DNA from: Patescibacteria group bacterium
GTDB taxonomy: Bacteria > Patescibacteriota > Patescibacteriia > UBA1558 > GWA2-36-10
Reading direction: 5' to 3'
Length of the DNA: 64,000 nt
Assembly (NCBI GenBank): GCA_041665545.1
Contig: JBAYIQ010000003.1
Span: 3,222 to 67,221, forward strand
Shown here: positions 59,875-64,000 of the stretch, in pieces
Layout of the letters: every line of letters begins with the position of its first letter
Position numbering within the stretch: the stretch's first letter is position 1
Notes under the pieces: generated by a model
The model's input: the letters and a program-made list of their open reading frames with translations, nothing else
What the model was told of the DNA's origin: nothing
Databases searched by the model: none
Made by a program: the position numbers and the translations under genes

Positions 59875-60378
59875 ATGCTAAAAAAATTAATTAAAGGTTT
59901 TACTTTAATTGAGTTAATAATCGTGATTGCCGTTATTGCCTTGCTGGCAGCCGCGACCTTTGTGGCTATCAATCCAGCCAAAAGAGTAGGTGATGCCAAC
60001 AATGCCAAGCGTTGGTCTGACATTACGGCTATTGCCGATGCTTATAATGCTTATTTGGCTGATAATTCTGGTACCAACCCCACCACTACTCCAGCACCAA
60101 CAGCGGGTGTCACCTATTCGATAGCTTCTACCACTGGTGGTCTTGTTTTTGCTACTTGTGAGGCAGTTGCCAATGGTAATCCCACGACTACCACAGCTTT
60201 GATTGACTTATCAGCTTTAGTGACAGCTGGCTATATTGGCCAAATTCCAACTGACCCTAGTTATGTTGTTGGTGATTTGTATAATACTGGTTATTATTTT
60301 TATAGAGAATCCACTGGCAAAATGATAGTGGGAGCCTGCGATACTTACAACACTACAAACATTGAGGTGGTTAGGTAG
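59875..60378 (+). CDS. Type IV pilin (probable major pilin)
   Basis: KG|FTLIELIIVIAVIALLA, INP..R..D, YIGQIPTDP, TGY, two Cys; has its own promoter. Confidence 0.9.
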   Translation: MLKKLIKGFTLIELIIVIAVIALLAAATFVAINPAKRVGDANNAKRWSDITAIADAYNAYLADNSGTNPTTTPAPTAGVTYSIASTTGGLVFATCEAVANGNPTTTTALIDLSALVTAGYIGQIPTDPSYVVGDLYNTGYYFYRESTGKMIVGACDTYNTTNIEVVR

Positions 60379-60395
60379 TTGTAGTTTATTGGTAA

Positions 60396-60536
60396 ATTCG
60401 TTTATTTAGTAGTTTTGTGGTTTATCTGGCGGGGTATTATTATGTTGACCCTCCTTCCCCTAAACCGATCACTTACGCTCTGGTTTATGGTTCGGATGGC
60501 AAGATATGGTGCTTGATTATCTTTGGGGGGCAATGA
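60396..60536 (+). pseudogene. Possible decayed gene fragment (FISUMP-like motif)
   Basis: Open frame ..PSPKPITYALVYGSDGKIW, then LDYLWGA in a shifted frame, resembling TYGTV..DGxxWLDRNLGA. Confidence 0.3.
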
Positions 60537-60576
60537 ATAAAAGTTTAGTGTTTATTATAGGGGTACATCAATTAAA

Positions 60577-60605
60577 TTGACAAAAAATAATTAGCACTCT
60601 ATAAT
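60577..60605 (+). promoter_or_regulatory. Perfect consensus sigma70 promoter
   Basis: TTGACA(60577-82), 17 bp, TATAAT(60600-05). Confidence 0.9.
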
Positions 60606-60617
60606 ATGGAGTGCTAA
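60591..60617. promoter_or_regulatory. CIRCE element (HrcA operator)
   Basis: Exact TTAGCACTC-N9-GAGTGCTAA. Confidence 0.95.
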
Positions 60618-60645
60618 TATGTTATATTAAACTTTACAAATATTT

Positions 60646-60760
60646 ATGAATCCGGTTAGAAATTCAACGTATAATGTTTAGTAATATGTGTATAAATTAT
60701 TTAGCAAAATTTTACTTTAGTAATCAAATATTTAATTATTTAAATTTCTAACCTGATGAA
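60646..60760. mobile_element. ~105-bp inverted-repeat element, copy 3, inserted at a start codon
   Basis: ATGAA direct repeats at 60646-50 and 60756-60; IR ATCCGGTTAGAAATT/AATTTCTAACCTGAT (14/15 match). Confidence 0.8.
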
Positions 60761-62432
60761 AACATTCTTTTTACAGCTCAAGAAAAAAAGATATTGGATC
60801 CCTCTAGTTATTGTTGGCCTTATTGTGGCTTCGCTTGTTTGGGGGGCTATCAATAAAAATAAAGTGGTTTACACCACTGAAGACGCAGTGCTCAAAAATC
60901 TCAAACAAACCGTAGAAGTGACTGGCACTGTCGAGTCGGCCGATGATATTAATCTTAATTTTGCGGCCAGCGGACGGGTCGGGGCTACACTAGTCAAGAT
61001 TGGTGACCAAGTCAAAGCCAATCAAATACTAGCCAGATTGTCAGCCGGGGATGTGGCTTCACAGGTAGCTGATGCTCAAGCTGCCCTTGATGTGGCCAAA
61101 AGCAATTTAGCGCAACTAATGGCCGGTGCCAGTTCTGAGGATATAAACGTCACACAGAGAGAGTTGGAAAATGCTAAAACCACTTATCAAACAGCTCTTG
61201 ATTCTCTGGCCAATTTACAACAGACCAGCGACGAAGAAATGACCAATTATCGCACTGTGGGTATCAATACTCTGAGCGATAAATTATTTACTATTTCGTA
61301 TGCTTTGGATATTGTGGAAGATGCTATCATGGATAATGACGCTGATACCTATTTGTTTGTCACCAATGTTCAGTTGTTGAATAATAGTAAAGATTTATAT
61401 ACTCAGGTGCTTAAACAAAACACTACTTTAGCGCCCTATATAGAAAAAGCTAAAACTACTAAAGATCAGGCAGATATTTTGACAGCATTGGATGTGTTAA
61501 AACAAACTTTAGAAATGACCTCAAATTTGGTTTCAGATACTTATGACTTGATGCTGGTGACCGTGACCACTGATGTTTATACTCCGACCATAGTCAATTC
61601 TTTCAAATCCAGTCTCAACACTCAAAGTTCTACTTTGAATACAGCGATTACTTCGGTGCAAACTGCGGCTAGTAACATTACAAATAAAGAAACATATTAT
61701 CAGGGACAAATAACGGCCGCTAATAACAGCGTAACATCTGCTTTGAATAGCTTGAATTTAGCGCAAGCGCGTCTTGATTTAAAAAAAGCGCCAGCCAGAT
61801 CATTTGAAATTGACGTAGCTCAAGCCAATATTAGACGAGCGCAAGCCACGGTGGCCAGGTATTACAGCATGATGTCTGACACCATGATCAAAGCGCCAGT
61901 TGATGGCATTGTAACCAAAATCAATGTGGATGTAGGTGAACAATCTAGCGCTTCACAAGCGGCTATTTCTATGATTGGTCTGAGTAATACTCAGATAAAA
62001 GTAGATGTGCCTGAATCAGATATTACCAAAATTAAAGTTGGCAATACGGTTGATATTACCTTGGATGCTTTTGGTAATGATCAGGTATTCAATGGTACGG
62101 TGACATTTATTGATCCAGCATCTACTGTAATTAGCGAAGTAATATATTATAAAGTGACAGTTGGTTTTAATGTTAAAGATGAAAAAATAAAATCAGGCAT
62201 GACTGCCAATTTGACTATCCTGACCAACAATAAAGACAATGTATTGGTAGTGCCTTCTAGGGCTGTATCAGCCAGAGGCGATACTAGATATGTTCAGGTT
62301 TTGATTGATGACAAAGCAGTAGAAAAAGAAGTTCAGGTTGGCTTAAAAGGCGATGATGGTCTGTGGGAAATCACTTCTGGCCTCAATGCCGGTGAAAAAG
62401 TAATTATTTCCACCAAAAACGGTAAAAAATAA
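60756..62432 (+). CDS. MacA/HlyD-type membrane fusion (adaptor) protein with long coiled coil
   Basis: N-terminal TM helix, SGRV..VKIGDQV, IKAPVDGIV, VPESDI, GMTA, VPSRAV, GL..GEKV. Confidence 0.9.
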   Translation: MKTFFLQLKKKRYWIPLVIVGLIVASLVWGAINKNKVVYTTEDAVLKNLKQTVEVTGTVESADDINLNFAASGRVGATLVKIGDQVKANQILARLSAGDVASQVADAQAALDVAKSNLAQLMAGASSEDINVTQRELENAKTTYQTALDSLANLQQTSDEEMTNYRTVGINTLSDKLFTISYALDIVEDAIMDNDADTYLFVTNVQLLNNSKDLYTQVLKQNTTLAPYIEKAKTTKDQADILTALDVLKQTLEMTSNLVSDTYDLMLVTVTTDVYTPTIVNSFKSSLNTQSSTLNTAITSVQTAASNITNKETYYQGQITAANNSVTSALNSLNLAQARLDLKKAPARSFEIDVAQANIRRAQATVARYYSMMSDTMIKAPVDGIVTKINVDVGEQSSASQAAISMIGLSNTQIKVDVPESDITKIKVGNTVDITLDAFGNDQVFNGTVTFIDPASTVISEVIYYKVTVGFNVKDEKIKSGMTANLTILTNNKDNVLVVPSRAVSARGDTRYVQVLIDDKAVEKEVQVGLKGDDGLWEITSGLNAGEKVIISTKNGKK

Positions 62433-62435
62433 AAG

Positions 62436-63140
62436 ATGATAGAACTTATTAATCTTAACAAAGATTATACTAACGAAGAAGTAGTTACACCTGTTTTGCA
62501 TGATATTAATTTGAAGATTGCCAAAGGAGATTTTTTGGCTATCATGGGTCCTTCTGGTTCTGGCAAGTCAACCCTTATGCATATCTTGGGTTTTTTAGAC
62601 ACCTTGACCACTGGTAAATATATTTTTCAAGACAAAGATGTTTCATCTTTGGACGATGATACTTTGGCTGTCTATCGCAACCAAAAAGTTGGTTTTGTTT
62701 TTCAAAGTTTTAACTTGTTACCCAAAACATCAGTCTGGGAAAATGTGCGTTTGCCCTTGCTTTATGCGCAAGATGCTGATGAAAAAAAAGTTGACCAAGC
62801 CATTGCTAGTGTTGAGCTTACTCATCGTTCCAAATATTTATCCAATCAATTGTCTGGTGGCGAAAAACAAAGAGTGGCTATTGCGCGCGCCTTGGTCAAC
62901 AATCCAGATATTATTTTTGCTGATGAACCGACTGGAAATTTAGATTCCAGATCCGGTACGCAGATTATGGCAATTTTACAGAAGCTAAATGCCGAGGGGC
63001 ATACTATTATTTTGGTCACTCACGAAACTAATACCGCCAAGCACGCCAAGCGTATTGTCCGTATCAGAGATGGTGAGATTGTCAGTGATGAGAAAAATGA
63101 TGATCAAATAATTGCTGAAAAAACGGAGTTAGTAAAATGA
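62436..63140 (+). CDS. MacB/LolD-type ABC ATP-binding protein
   Basis: [39 protein letters not shown]. Confidence 0.95.
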   Translation: MIELINLNKDYTNEEVVTPVLHDINLKIAKGDFLAIMGPSGSGKSTLMHILGFLDTLTTGKYIFQDKDVSSLDDDTLAVYRNQKVGFVFQSFNLLPKTSVWENVRLPLLYAQDADEKKVDQAIASVELTHRSKYLSNQLSGGEKQRVAIARALVNNPDIIFADEPTGNLDSRSGTQIMAILQKLNAEGHTIILVTHETNTAKHAKRIVRIRDGEIVSDEKNDDQIIAEKTELVK

Positions 63141-63144
63141 CGAA

Positions 63145-63201
63145 GTCATCCCGCGCCCTTCAGTCCCGAGACTTCAGGGTCGAGGGAAAAGCAGGGATCC
63201 A
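63145..63201. repeat. REP-like hairpin interrupted by a nested palindromic insert
   Basis: GTCATCCCGCG[CCCTTCAGTCCCGAGACTTCAGGGTCGAGGG]AAAAGCAGGGATCCA: a GC-rich island in an AT-rich operon gap. Confidence 0.6.
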
Positions 63202-63216
63202 TTAATTTCTAACAGT

Positions 63217-64000
63217 ATGTATTTTGATTGGCATCCAGTAATCACTACTTGGCAGATGATCAAGCGTAATAAGATGCGCTCTTTTTTGACTTCCTTGGGT
63301 ATTATTATTGGTATTTCTTCGGTCATTATTATTATTTCTTTGGGTGCTGGTGCTCAGAGTTTGATAGTCAATCAAATCAAGGGTATGGGTTCTGATTTAA
63401 TTGGGGTATTACCGGGCGCCAGTGAGGCCGATGGTCCGCCAGCTTCAGTGATGGGTATAAATATTACTACTCTCAAATACTCCGATGGAGAGGCAGTTAT
63501 GTCTCAGGTGCCGGCTTTGGAGGATTTTACGGCCTATGTAAGTGGTGCGGCTACTGTCAGTTGGCAAAATAAGACCAAAGACACTAGCTTTGCTGGAGTC
63601 AATCATAGCTATATATTTGTCGAAGCTGCTGATGTAGAAAAAGGTCATTTTTTTACCGAAGAAGAAGAGAATTCATCCGCTAGAGTGGTAGTGCTTGGCA
63701 GTGAGGTGGCTGAAGCTTTGTTCGGAAGCAGTGACCCACTCAATGCTCGGGTCAAGATTAATAAGGAAAATTTTGAAGTCATTGGAGTAATGAAAGTTCG
63801 GGGTAGCACTTTTTTTCAAAGTCAGGATAATCAAGTTTTTATTCCACTAAACACCGCCCAGAAAATAATGTTGGGTATTAATTATGTTAATTTATTGCGT
63901 TTTAAGATGGCACCTGGCGCTGATTTGGATTTTACTATTGAAAACATAAAAAGTGTTATTAGGGATAGGCACGGTGTATCTGATCCAGAGCAGGATGATT
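63217..64000 (+). CDS. MacB-type ABC permease (runs off the window end)
   Basis: Own translation: MYFDWHPVITTWQMIKRNKMRSFLTSLGIIIGISSVIIIISLGAG..GHFFT..RVVVLG..FEVIGV..VFIPL. Absent from the ORF track because no stop lies in the window. Confidence 0.9.
   Translation, partial: MYFDWHPVITTWQMIKRNKMRSFLTSLGIIIGISSVIIIISLGAGAQSLIVNQIKGMGSDLIGVLPGASEADGPPASVMGINITTLKYSDGEAVMSQVPALEDFTAYVSGAATVSWQNKTKDTSFAGVNHSYIFVEAADVEKGHFFTEEEENSSARVVVLGSEVAEALFGSSDPLNARVKINKENFEVIGVMKVRGSTFFQSQDNQVFIPLNTAQKIMLGINYVNLLRFKMAPGADLDFTIENIKSVIRDRHGVSDPEQDD

Noticed and set aside
1-64000. CRISPR array, tRNA/rRNA genes, DGR or retron, autonomous IS
   Set aside because: I saw no regularly spaced repeats, cloverleafs, reverse transcriptase or transposase ORFs; the scan was by eye only.

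Overview
This AT-rich window reads as one large cell-surface locus, probably from a Patescibacteria (CPR) genome. That assignment is inferred from the absence of Shine-Dalgarno motifs, the style of the giant secreted protein, and the pilin cluster. The window opens with a structured ~260-nt leader, a 1234-aa Ser/Thr-rich S-layer-like protein, a TPR protein and two O-antigen-ligase(Wzy_C)+TPR proteins. A ~34-kb glycan cluster follows. It holds GT4/GT2 enzymes, two B12-binding radical SAM enzymes, a divergent RtcB-family protein next to FemAB-like, deacetylase and CDP-alcohol transferase genes, an ABC flippase, a nonulosonic-acid pathway with amidino/formyl/acetyl/methyl tailoring, and a WcaJ/WbaP-type initiator. 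After a third Wzy_C+TPR gene comes a compact MCP-CheW-CheA-CheY module joined directly to a type IV pilus operon (pilB, pilC, adhesin-bearing minor pilins, extended PilM, major pilin). The window ends with a MacAB-type ABC operon behind a perfect CIRCE operator. Main leads: (1) an RtcB-fold enzyme embedded in a glycan pathway; (2) a minimal pilus-coupled chemosensory system; (3) a ~105-bp inverted-repeat element inserted into prepilin cleavage motifs and start codons; (4) predicted HrcA control of an exporter; (5) a probable pilin/S-layer glycosylation system with three transferases. All calls come from reading motifs by eye; no database searches were run.
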